Assembly: GCA_003554395.1 (NCBI GenBank)
Contig: PWGD01000097.1
Coordinates: 1-50,999 of the forward strand
From: Syntrophomonadaceae bacterium
Lineage (GTDB): Bacteria > Bacillota > Dethiobacteria > DTU022
Length of the DNA stretch: 50,999 nucleotides
Direction: 5' to 3'
This document shows positions 1 through 7,375 of the stretch, one piece after another. Below the pieces are notes generated by a model, which was not told where the DNA came from, did no database searches, and worked only from the letters and a program-made list of their open reading frames with translations. A program made the position numbers and the translations under genes. How positions within the stretch are numbered: position 1 is the first letter of the stretch; every line of letters begins with the position of its first letter.

Positions 1-1262
1 ATGGCCTCTACAAAGTCGTTCCATGACCGGCCCTCGTTCAAAAGCCTGAAACCTTCAATGGTCTGGATCGGCTTTAAAGCCATATCCTGGACAGAAATCG
101 CCGTTGCGCCCGTTTCGAGAACTTCATTTACCAGCGGGCCCCGGTGGGTCAGGCGGATTGTTTCTGTGTGGTCCGGTTGCCCTTTGATTTTAATGGTTTC
201 CTCTATTACGGTCAGTGGCTTCTGCTCGCCTCTGTATTCATAGCTGTTTTTTTCGGGATCGATCTTTTCGATATAGGTATCGGCAGCATCGGTATAAGCC
301 AGGGTTATACCCCAGGCAAAGTTATTATTGGAGCCGTTAATCACCAGAGGCAACCCTGGAAAACTGACGCCCCGCACACACCTGTTTTCCGTCGTGTTAA
401 CCAGGATGTTCTCATACCAGATACTGGGAGCAGATAGGGCCAGGTGAATGTCGTTGGCCATGATCGGCTTACCTGATTGGGTATGTTTTCCGGAAACAAC
501 GATTGAATTAGAGCCTTTTCCCTGCTTAAGATAGGGTCCGTTCATTTTTTTAAGCGAACCCTGCAGGTCAACAGCGTTAAAATCTATCCCATCCGGCAGA
601 ATGGCGGTGTCGTGACCGGGATAATGAATTTCCCACTCCCGGGCCAGTTCTTCACCGATTAAGCTGTAGAGCCTGTAACGAAGCAGCTCGCTCTGCCAGG
701 CATGGCTTAACTGCCATGATACAAGTATCGCAAAAGCCATGCCATCTGCACGATTATAAAGCTCGGGCTTGAAGCCGGCCAATGAAAATTCCAGGGGCAG
801 CCTGGTTGCGCGATCGTTAAGAAAGGCATTGACCCCACCCAGATAAGCATCGATTTGATCTTTCATTGCATCGGAAAAAGTGTTGAAGCTTTCCATGCCC
901 AGGCGTTCAAAGCCGAAAGTACGGGCCATCCGATCAGTATCGAGAGCATCGGGGCCAAATACTTCGCTTAACCTGCCTCTTGCGGCCCTGCGGTTTAGTT
1001 CCATCTGCCACAGTCTATCCTGGGCATGAATAAAACCCTGGGCGAAATAAAGATCCTGATCGTTCCGGGCATAAATATAGGGCCTGCCATAGCGATCCCG
1101 AAAGACCTCAACCATTTCAATCAAACCCTCGAGCTCAATTGTGCCATCAATTTTGGGCAACCTTTTTCTGCTCATTGCTTTAAGGGGAGGTTTAAGAATG
1201 GCGCCCATAATTGAGTGCAGCGCCGAACCGGAGCTGCTGGAAGCGCTTTGCTGTTTAGACAT
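1..1262 (-). CDS. Penicillin acylase (Ntn-hydrolase) family protein, 3' end beyond the window
   Basis: Not in the ORF track because it runs off the left edge. Manual translation from ATG 1262 (AAGAGG RBS): MSKQQ...LPKIDGTIELEGLIEMVEVFRDRYGRPYIYARNDQDLYFAQGFIHAQDRLWQMELNRRAARGRLSEVFG...GKGSNSIVVSGKHTQSGKPIMANDIHL. This has the alpha-chain HAQDRLWQME motif and the beta-chain N-terminal Ser motif GSN. Confidence 0.92.
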   Translation of the reverse strand, partial: MSKQQSASSSSGSALHSIMGAILKPPLKAMSRKRLPKIDGTIELEGLIEMVEVFRDRYGRPYIYARNDQDLYFAQGFIHAQDRLWQMELNRRAARGRLSEVFGPDALDTDRMARTFGFERLGMESFNTFSDAMKDQIDAYLGGVNAFLNDRATRLPLEFSLAGFKPELYNRADGMAFAILVSWQLSHAWQSELLRYRLYSLIGEELAREWEIHYPGHDTAILPDGIDFNAVDLQGSLKKMNGPYLKQGKGSNSIVVSGKHTQSGKPIMANDIHLALSAPSIWYENILVNTTENRCVRGVSFPGLPLVINGSNNNFAWGITLAYTDAADTYIEKIDPEKNSYEYRGEQKPLTVIEETIKIKGQPDHTETIRLTHRGPLVNEVLETGATAISVQDMALKPIQTIEGFRLLNEGRSWNDFVEA

Positions 1263-1435
1263 AGCTGTAGCCTCTTTTCGATTTATTAAAGCAACGCTTT
1301 ATATTTTTGCAGGCAGGAATTGTCCTTGCCATCGCAGCAATAATAGCACGATTTAAGATTGCAGGGCAATCCTGGATGATGAGCGGCAAACCCTTATTTC
1401 CTACATTCCAAAGCTCAATTATATTTTAATCCTGG

Positions 1436-1537
1436 TTATTTCTTTTTAATCCGCCTGCCTATATACACAATAACTACAAGAAATAATAGCACCAATACAG
1501 GTGTAATAATTCTATAAATTTGCGGTAAATAATCCAT
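1436..1537 (-). CDS. Small 33-aa single-TM membrane peptide MDYLPQIYRIITPVLVLLFLVVIVYIGRRIKKK
   Basis: AGGAGG RBS 7 nt before the ATG; hydrophobic core followed by a basic tail; TATAAT upstream at 1580-1585 (minus strand). Below the ORF-track size cutoff. Confidence 0.65.
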   Translation of the reverse strand: MDYLPQIYRIITPVLVLLFLVVIVYIGRRIKKK

Positions 1538-1823
1538 AACAAATCCTCCTGTCGTAAATTAGTTTAAAGTGCTGCTATTATTATAAAAACAATCTGGTGC
1601 CATAAAAATTGGATTTCAAAATGACCTCTTACAAATTCAGTCTAGATCGGAGTTTCCGGGATCTCTAAAAATATTTCTGCCAAATTTACGCAGGACTTCA
1701 GAATTAAGGGCCCAAAAAACATTGTACAATAGTCTTAGCCATACATGCATTTAATTCCTTGTTTAATCTAGACTCCATATCAGATTGAAAGCTCCTTCGT
1801 AATGTTTAACCCTGCCACTTCCC

Positions 1824-1901
1824 CTAAGATTTTTTGTGCTGAAGCCCGATGTCCTGCATTAACTTGGCCTTGCGGTTTGCTGATCCTTCACTGTTAGGCA
1901 T
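1824..1901 (-). other. Short ORF (25 aa, MPNSEGSANRKAKLMQDIGLQHKKS) behind a strong RBS; probably a gene remnant
   Basis: GGCAGGAGGGAATTAC-ATG start context; early TAG; no recognisable homology. Confidence 0.25.
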
Positions 1902-2104
1902 GTAATTCCCTCCTGCCTAAATTAGGCGGTTTCCTGCGCTAATTTAGCCTTGTGGCTTGCCACCTATTACAAGCCCCCCTGGTTCCTTTTTTTGTGTAGA
2001 AAAACTATGTTGTTCCTAAATTCAAGTCAAATCAATAATGCCCTCTTTTTGAGCAATTTTATTAGAAAACCAGATACTTTTTCTATGAACGCTCTTAGAG
2101 GTTT

Positions 2105-2410
2105 CTAGTACATGCACTCCACCTCGTAGCCCCTTCTTTCTAAACGATCTACAATACTGTTATCGCCGACCAGGTGCATGGAACCTACGGTTATGAAGTA
2201 AGTATGGCCAGTTTGATCGTGGAGTAATTCCTCGATGCGGTCTGTCATCTGCTGATCGCGTTCATCGTAAAAGGCTACCTGAAATATTTTTAAAGATTCT
2301 GTATCGGCTTTCTCGATTAAACCCTCCCTTTCTTGTGCGTATGCCTCGCTTTCGCCTTCGATCCAGCTTTCATAGATCTCTGTTAGTGCTTCTTCGGCAT
2401 CTACAAATAT
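2105..2410 (-). pseudogene. C-terminal fragment of a TraB/GumN family protein
   Basis: Open frame ...EIYESWIEGE...YDERDQQMTDRIEELLHDQTGHTYFITVGSMHLVGDNSIVDRLERRGYEVECMY* resembles the TraB/GumN C-terminal pattern (R..M...I......F..VG..HL.G......L...GY.V). An in-frame TAA at 2411-2413 precedes it and no start is present for the full domain. Confidence 0.7.
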
Positions 2411-2536
2411 TTAATGTTATTGCTGCACTTAATTTAATTGGCCCTACCTGCGAAATATGGGCTAAGCTTCCTACCCTGAGGGAGTGCCGCCGGGAATGCC
2501 CGGGTTTAGCGGTGGGACTGGGCCTTCGAAAAGGGC

Positions 2537-2929
2537 CTAGATTTTTGTCCACAGCCGGTCCAAAAAGCGGCTTCTGTTTACAAAAACGATATAAATGATG
2601 TTGTCGTGTTCGAATTTGTATTCGCCCTTAAGACTTTTGGTATCGGGAAATTCGTCTGCTTCATACAAAATTGTTTCACCATCTTCTTCTACCGATTGAT
2701 ATAAAGTGGCTTTGACACGGGGTGGAACACTGTTGATAACCTCAATATCAGCCTCGTATCCGTTGGGGAATTCCGCAATATATGTATTAATCGCTTCATC
2801 CCGGGGATAATCGCTGCAGTAGCCCCCAGCGATGGATAACACTTGTTCCATCTTGTCAAATTCATCGGGATCGACAAAGATTAACTTTTTATAATAAGCA
2901 CGGTACAAGTTTAAACCTAACTTTCGCAA
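2537..2929 (-). CDS. Hypothetical acidic protein (~125-130 aa)
   Basis: Protein-like composition, lies directly downstream of mazF on the same strand; start uncertain; no family recognised. Confidence 0.6.
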   Translation of the reverse strand: MRKLGLNLYRAYYKKLIFVDPDEFDKMEQVLSIAGGYCSDYPRDEAINTYIAEFPNGYEADIEVINSVPPRVKATLYQSVEEDGETILYEADEFPDTKSLKGEYKFEHDNIIYIVFVNRSRFLDRLWTKI

Positions 2930-2984
2930 ACTGATTGTTGCCCTATAATTCTATTGTAACTCCAGCTTAAACCTGCCGTTAAAA

Positions 2985-3329
2985 TTAGAATTCAAAGTAC
3001 TCTCTAAGCGCATCCAGAACTTTATCGCGGTAATTTCGGTTTTCAAGACGATTAATCAACTGGACCAACCGTTGATGTGATAGGGTTCTTATTTGCTGAA
3101 TCATCGCAACTGAGTCTTTTTCTAATCCAGAAACTTCCGCTGGGATTAATATTTCCGTTGGATAAATATTTTCACCTTCTTTAACCGAAGAAAAAGGCAA
3201 AATTGTTGAAACTGGGATTGAATGGTTAACAGCATCATTTGAGACGACCAACACCGGTCTGAAACCTCGTTGCTCTGAACCTTTTACAGGATCAAGGCTG
3301 CAATAATAAATATCCCACTTATTCACCAT
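2985..3329 (-). CDS. mazF: Type II toxin, MazF/PemK family endoribonuclease
   Basis: Motifs DPVKGSEQRGFRPVLVVSND and SVAMIQQIRTLS; overlaps the antitoxin stop. Confidence 0.93.
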   Translation of the reverse strand: MVNKWDIYYCSLDPVKGSEQRGFRPVLVVSNDAVNHSIPVSTILPFSSVKEGENIYPTEILIPAEVSGLEKDSVAMIQQIRTLSHQRLVQLINRLENRNYRDKVLDALREYFEF

Positions 3330-3598
3330 GATGACATTTCCTCTTTATCAATCAATGCAAAATCATCCTGAGCATGAGCTATCCTGTTCAGATATGCTTC
3401 GTCTTTTGCTGCTTCTCGCATCTTCTTCTCATATATTAGCTTTTTTTGTGCTTTGATATAATCTTCTACGGCCATTCGTATGCCCTTATTAACCGATGGT
3501 ATCTGCGCCTCCTGGACCAACTCTTTTAATTCTTTCACATGCTCCACGGGTAGCACTGCCGTATACCTTACTTTATCACTTTTATTTGGATCAGACAT
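3323..3598 (-). CDS. Ribbon-helix-helix antitoxin (MazE/NdoAI-like)
   Basis: Start moved to MSDPNK (GAGGTGA RBS). RHH-like N-terminus VRYTAVLPVEHVKELKELV...SVNKGIRMAVEDYI and acidic C-terminus; directly upstream of mazF. Confidence 0.8.
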   Translation of the reverse strand: MSDPNKSDKVRYTAVLPVEHVKELKELVQEAQIPSVNKGIRMAVEDYIKAQKKLIYEKKMREAAKDEAYLNRIAHAQDDFALIDKEEMSSW

Positions 3599-3616
3599 TT
3601 TTATCACCTCTCTTAT

Positions 3617-3645
3617 ATTGTACTTACTACTGCTATAATTTGCAA
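3617..3645 (-). promoter_or_regulatory. Sigma-A-like promoter of the toxin-antitoxin operon
   Basis: TTGCAA-N17-TACAAT just upstream of the antitoxin RBS. Confidence 0.6.
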
Positions 3646-3872
3646 GCAATTATTGAGGACATTAATTATGCTATAATAACCATGCAAGTTTGAAAGTCTT
3701 AAGTAGTAAATGAAATAAAGCCCCGCAGATTTGTCCCGCTATCCTTTTCGTAACTGGAAATATTTACAGGGTTATCAAACCCCTAAAGGGAGATTCTGGA
3801 AGGGCGAAGCCCTGTAGGAATCTCCCGGGCACTAAAACACCGCTGTTAATTATTAACATGTCTGCGAAAATG

Positions 3873-3901
3873 GAAAAACCCTTATAGAATAAGGGTTTTT
3901 C
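3873..3901. terminator. Perfect 13-bp hairpin, probably a bidirectional intrinsic terminator after tRNA-Thr
   Basis: GAAAAACCCTTAT-AGA-ATAAGGGTTTTTC next to the tRNA CCA end. Confidence 0.75.
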
Positions 3902-3902
3902 T

Positions 3903-3978
3903 TGGAGCCGGCAAGAGGACTTGAACCCCCAACATGCTGATTACGATTCAGCTGCTCTACCAATTGAGCTATGCCGGC
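3903..3978 (-). tRNA. tRNA-Thr(CGT)
   Basis: GCCGGCATAGCTCAATTGGTAGAGCAGCTGAATCGTAATCAGCATGTTGGGGGTTCAAGTCCTCTTGCCGGCTCCA: 76 nt cloverleaf, anticodon CGT, TTC T-loop, encoded CCA. Confidence 0.97.
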
Positions 3979-3991
3979 CCGTGGCATCAAT

Positions 3992-4020
3992 ATTATAGCG
4001 CACATTAATGCTCTGTTCAA
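3992..4020 (-). promoter_or_regulatory. Sigma-A promoter of tRNA-Thr
   Basis: TTGAAC-N17-TATAAT ending 13 nt before the tRNA 5' end. Confidence 0.75.
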
Positions 4021-4754
4021 CCGGTTCTGACCAGTTCAACCTCGCCCCAGGCTGCGACCCGGCCTCCGCAAACGGCCAGGGCCCCGCTGATTCCCTCAAT
4101 GCTGCGGGCATATTCGAGGGCCGGCTCCAGGTCGGAGGCTGCTTTGATCCGGTTGCCTATCCCGGTGGCGACGGCATCGGCCAGGGGGGGCGATGCTGAG
4201 AGGGCCACCGCTGCCTCGGCCCGGCCAAAACTGAAGGAAGGGCCGACGGTCCCCGAAGAGGTGCAAACCCCGAGCGGGCTCTGATCGGGCTTAATCTTAA
4301 GGGCCAGTTTTCCGCTCAGGGGCGAATTCCCGGCATAAAGGCCCACAGTGAGCGGGGCTAAGGCCTTGATATAGATATCGCCGCCATTTTCGACCACCAC
4401 TTCCGGCGCAGTTTCTTCCAGGTAGCGGCCCACCGTCTCGGCAAAGGCCCCGGCCACGGCCGCCATGGGACCGACGCCGGCCCGGTTGGCCGCAGCGGCC
4501 ATGGCCCGGAATATTTCGGGCGGGTTTCCTGCCGGCAGGCAGGGCTCAAGGGCCGAACTGTAGGCGGGGTTTTCGGCCAGGTAGCGGTCCAGGAGGCAGC
4601 GCTGATTGAAAACCAGCTCTTCGACCCGGGAGGGCAGATCTTCACTGCAGGCTTCGCTGCTGACGGCAATCCAGAGGTCGGTTTCTTTGACTTTTACCGC
4701 AAAAGAAGTCAGCCTTAAACCGGCGGCGTCGTTCCTGTAAACCCGCCTGCTCAT
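4017..4754 (-). CDS. UPF0280 / ApbE-like protein (COG2122)
   Basis: Motifs VKETDL, GVGPMAAVAGA, VENGGDI and GVCTSSGTVGPSFSFG. Start moved to MSRRVY, which overlaps the upstream stop. Confidence 0.9.
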   Translation of the reverse strand: MSRRVYRNDAAGLRLTSFAVKVKETDLWIAVSSEACSEDLPSRVEELVFNQRCLLDRYLAENPAYSSALEPCLPAGNPPEIFRAMAAAANRAGVGPMAAVAGAFAETVGRYLEETAPEVVVENGGDIYIKALAPLTVGLYAGNSPLSGKLALKIKPDQSPLGVCTSSGTVGPSFSFGRAEAAVALSASPPLADAVATGIGNRIKAASDLEPALEYARSIEGISGALAVCGGRVAAWGEVELVRTG

Positions 4755-5176
4755 TTGGAATTGGCGTTGTCGACCAGGGTTTCCATGGCCCGGGCCGGAC
4801 AGGCCCGCAGGCACAGTTCGCAGACCACGCACTTGTATTCATCAAAGCTGACGGTCATTTCGGGGCGGTTGAAAGCCAGGGCTTCGGTGGGGCAAATTAC
4901 GGTACAGGCCCCGCAGTGGGTGCAGCGCTCGGCGCGCCAGATAATCTGCTGTTCCAGGCCCATGATGTGCAGGCCCAGTTCCCGGAGCCATTCCAGGGCC
5001 CGCTGGTAGTTGGTTTCACTGCCGCTGAGCTCCATCATCAGGCGCCCTTCTTTTTTGGGGTTGATATCGGCCCGCAGGATATTGACCATCAGGTCATAGT
5101 CCTTGATCAGGTGGTAGATGGTCGGTTTTTCTACCAGGTGGGGCGGAAAGCGGAGCACTATTTTTTGCTTGATCAT
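4751..5176 (-). CDS. NIL domain + 2x[4Fe-4S] ferredoxin
   Basis: NIL motif (VNILRA) plus two CxxCxxCxxxCP motifs. Confidence 0.92.
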   Translation of the reverse strand: MIKQKIVLRFPPHLVEKPTIYHLIKDYDLMVNILRADINPKKEGRLMMELSGSETNYQRALEWLRELGLHIMGLEQQIIWRAERCTHCGACTVICPTEALAFNRPEMTVSFDEYKCVVCELCLRACPARAMETLVDNANSK

Positions 5177-6396
5177 TATTTAACCTCTCGGTCTTCCGGA
5201 TCTCTCTGGGGCAGGGCGTTCAGCTTGATCCCCGCTTCAACAGAAGGCAGTGGCGCCGAAGGAACGGTCAGGGTAAAGCGGCCCGCCTCGATCCATTCCT
5301 TGAGGCCGGCGGCGATTTCACGGGCTCCGGCATAGCTGGAAAGCGAGGCGGTGGGCACTTTCTGCCCCTTGAGGGTAATGGATCCGCTTTTTAGCTCGGC
5401 ATAGCTGACCCGGACCAGTTCGCCCCCTTCTTTATAAGGGTAGGCCCGGTTGTAATCGACTACCGGCGCTTGCAGATCTTCATCGCGCACGGCGCAGTAA
5501 GCCATCATTTCTTCATTCAGGATTGGGATAGGCACCCCCACGCCCACCTGCAGGGTCGCGCCGTAGCCCAGGAAGCTCAGCCCCCTCAGCCAGCGGGGCT
5601 CCATCTGCTTTAAATCGCCGACCAGGGCCAGGGTCGCCGCCGGCTGCAGGGGAGTATCGTTTTCCGCCCTGGCTGCCGAGGGATTGTGCTGGGTGCCGTG
5701 CCAGGATACGTAGCCGATCCCGCCGCCCAGGAAGATGCGCGTCCCCAGGCCGATCGTTTTCAACAGGGGATCATTGAACAGGGGGCTTAACTGGCCCGCT
5801 GAACTGTAGTTGGCGTTACCCATATTCATCTTCAGCACGCCCATGTAGGTATAGATTGTTTTAGGGCCCAGGTTCACGGCCACGTTGTAGTTCTGATAAG
5901 CGTTGCGGGGGTTAAAGAGGGTGGCTTCGTTAATTTCTGCCAAGCGGAAGCTGGTATCGATTTTTTTGAGGGGATAGCAGTCGGTCCCGTAGGCGGTCGC
6001 CTCCAGCCTAATTGCTTTGCCGGCCACCAGGTCTTCGATCACGTGCCCGCCGCCGTAGATAAAATCACCGGGGTAATTGCGGTTGGCCGGATCGCTGGGC
6101 GGCAGGGCTGTCGCCCCCAGGTAAAGGTCGACGGCGGCAATCCCGGCGTAGGCGGGAACGCTGTTTAAATAAGCGTCGTTCAGTTTCATGCGCGGGGTGG
6201 GATGGCCCACGTTCAAAAAGACCCCGGAGGAGCACATGGGGCCGAAAGTCCCCGTGGTTACCACGTCCACCTCAGCAGCGGCTCTTTCCAGCCCTTTTTC
6301 TTCAACCACTTCGATTATTTCTTCAGCGGTAAAGACAACCGCTTTTCCGGTTTTGATTTTTTCATTGATTTCTTCAATGCTGCGATTAACTTTCAA
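5176..6396 (-). CDS. Homocysteine biosynthesis protein / L-aspartate semialdehyde sulfurtransferase (DUF39)
   Basis: Motifs EINEKI...AVVFTAEE, VDVVTTGTFGPMCSSG, NPRNAYQNY and GTQHNP. Probable TTG start at 6396 after GGAGGTGG. Confidence 0.9.
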   Translation of the reverse strand: MKVNRSIEEINEKIKTGKAVVFTAEEIIEVVEEKGLERAAAEVDVVTTGTFGPMCSSGVFLNVGHPTPRMKLNDAYLNSVPAYAGIAAVDLYLGATALPPSDPANRNYPGDFIYGGGHVIEDLVAGKAIRLEATAYGTDCYPLKKIDTSFRLAEINEATLFNPRNAYQNYNVAVNLGPKTIYTYMGVLKMNMGNANYSSAGQLSPLFNDPLLKTIGLGTRIFLGGGIGYVSWHGTQHNPSAARAENDTPLQPAATLALVGDLKQMEPRWLRGLSFLGYGATLQVGVGVPIPILNEEMMAYCAVRDEDLQAPVVDYNRAYPYKEGGELVRVSYAELKSGSITLKGQKVPTASLSSYAGAREIAAGLKEWIEAGRFTLTVPSAPLPSVEAGIKLNALPQRDPEDREVK

Positions 6397-6473
6397 CAGC
6401 TGACCACCTCCGGGTTTTAATAGCAAACATTATATCACTGTGCTTAAAATAAGTCATCACCGGTGACCAAGAA

Positions 6474-6510
6474 TGGAAAAAGCCCTGTTGTTTCGGCCAG
6501 GGCCTTTCCA
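6474..6510 (-). terminator. Intrinsic terminator after pgi
   Basis: TGGAAAGGCCCTG-loop-CAGGGCTTTTTCCA. Confidence 0.55.
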
Positions 6511-6546
6511 GGATTATTAAATTCGGCCATATTTTAGCACGCTTCC

Positions 6547-7362
6547 TCAGGAAGCGCCCAGTTCCTCGCGGTAAGCCTCGAAAATCTTGGTATATTCTTC
6601 TGGGTGGGTTAAATACCGGAAGGCGCTGTGGTTTTCCCGGAAGACACTGTAAAAAGGAAGCCCGGTAATCAGGGAGAATTCTTCGACCGGAATGACCGAG
6701 CAGCGCTTCAGCGGGGGCACTTTACTGTAGTTGGGGTTGGTAATAAATTCAGGCGCCTTGTTTCCTTTCAGTTCAAAATAGGCCCCGCCTTTCATCTGCC
6801 GGAACGGTTCGTAAAGGGATGAAAAACCGTCCGCCACCCAGTTGCTCATGATTAAAAAGTCTTTCCCCGGGTTGATGGTGATATGTCCGAACCGGGGCGG
6901 GATCAGGACTTTATCGCCCGGCTTGGCGGCGATTAAATATACCTCTTCCAGCTTCCCGGGCTGATCGGAAGCCGGTTTCTGCAAAAGATAGTGGGCCCGC
7001 CCGTGGAGCACTTCATAGATCTCGGGCCAGGTCAGGCCGGTCCCTTCTTTGGGAGGGTGGTAGTGGCCGGCGGTTTTAACGTATTCGCCGCTGATAGTAC
7101 CCGGACGAATGGCCGTGATATCGTAGCGCAGGCCGGCTTTCTTGATGGCAGGCAGATCTTTGACCAGGGCTACTCCCCGGTACATATAGTAGAGCCTGTC
7201 CAGTTCTTCAGCCTGATCATCGTATAAGACTTCCTGCATATCAATACGGCGGCGCACCTCGGGGGCTCCGTTTTCAGCGGCCATCCCTTCGCTAAAGCCC
7301 AGCTGCTCCTGTTTGGAATCCCAGGACAGGGGCAGGCCGCTGCGTTTTTTTAAATCAATCAT
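6547..7362 (-). CDS. Cupin-type (archaeal-type) glucose-6-phosphate isomerase family protein
   Basis: LRYDIT...KTAGHYH...EIYEVLHG...IPPRFGHITIN gives the cupin H-H-E-H metal ligands. Start MIDLKK after AGGAAGG. Confidence 0.85.
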   Translation of the reverse strand: MIDLKKRSGLPLSWDSKQEQLGFSEGMAAENGAPEVRRRIDMQEVLYDDQAEELDRLYYMYRGVALVKDLPAIKKAGLRYDITAIRPGTISGEYVKTAGHYHPPKEGTGLTWPEIYEVLHGRAHYLLQKPASDQPGKLEEVYLIAAKPGDKVLIPPRFGHITINPGKDFLIMSNWVADGFSSLYEPFRQMKGGAYFELKGNKAPEFITNPNYSKVPPLKRCSVIPVEEFSLITGLPFYSVFRENHSAFRYLTHPEEYTKIFEAYREELGAS

Positions 7363-7375
7363 CGGCAGGACCTTC

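Noticed and set aside
1-1356. + strand ORFs 1-243, 144-437, 1026-1214 and 1141-1356
   Set aside because: They overlap the minus-strand penicillin acylase, which carries the family motifs.
2474-2531. Hammerhead ribozyme (CTGAG...CGAAA)
   Set aside because: The core reads CUGAGGG rather than CUGANGA, and the stems do not fit hammerhead topology.
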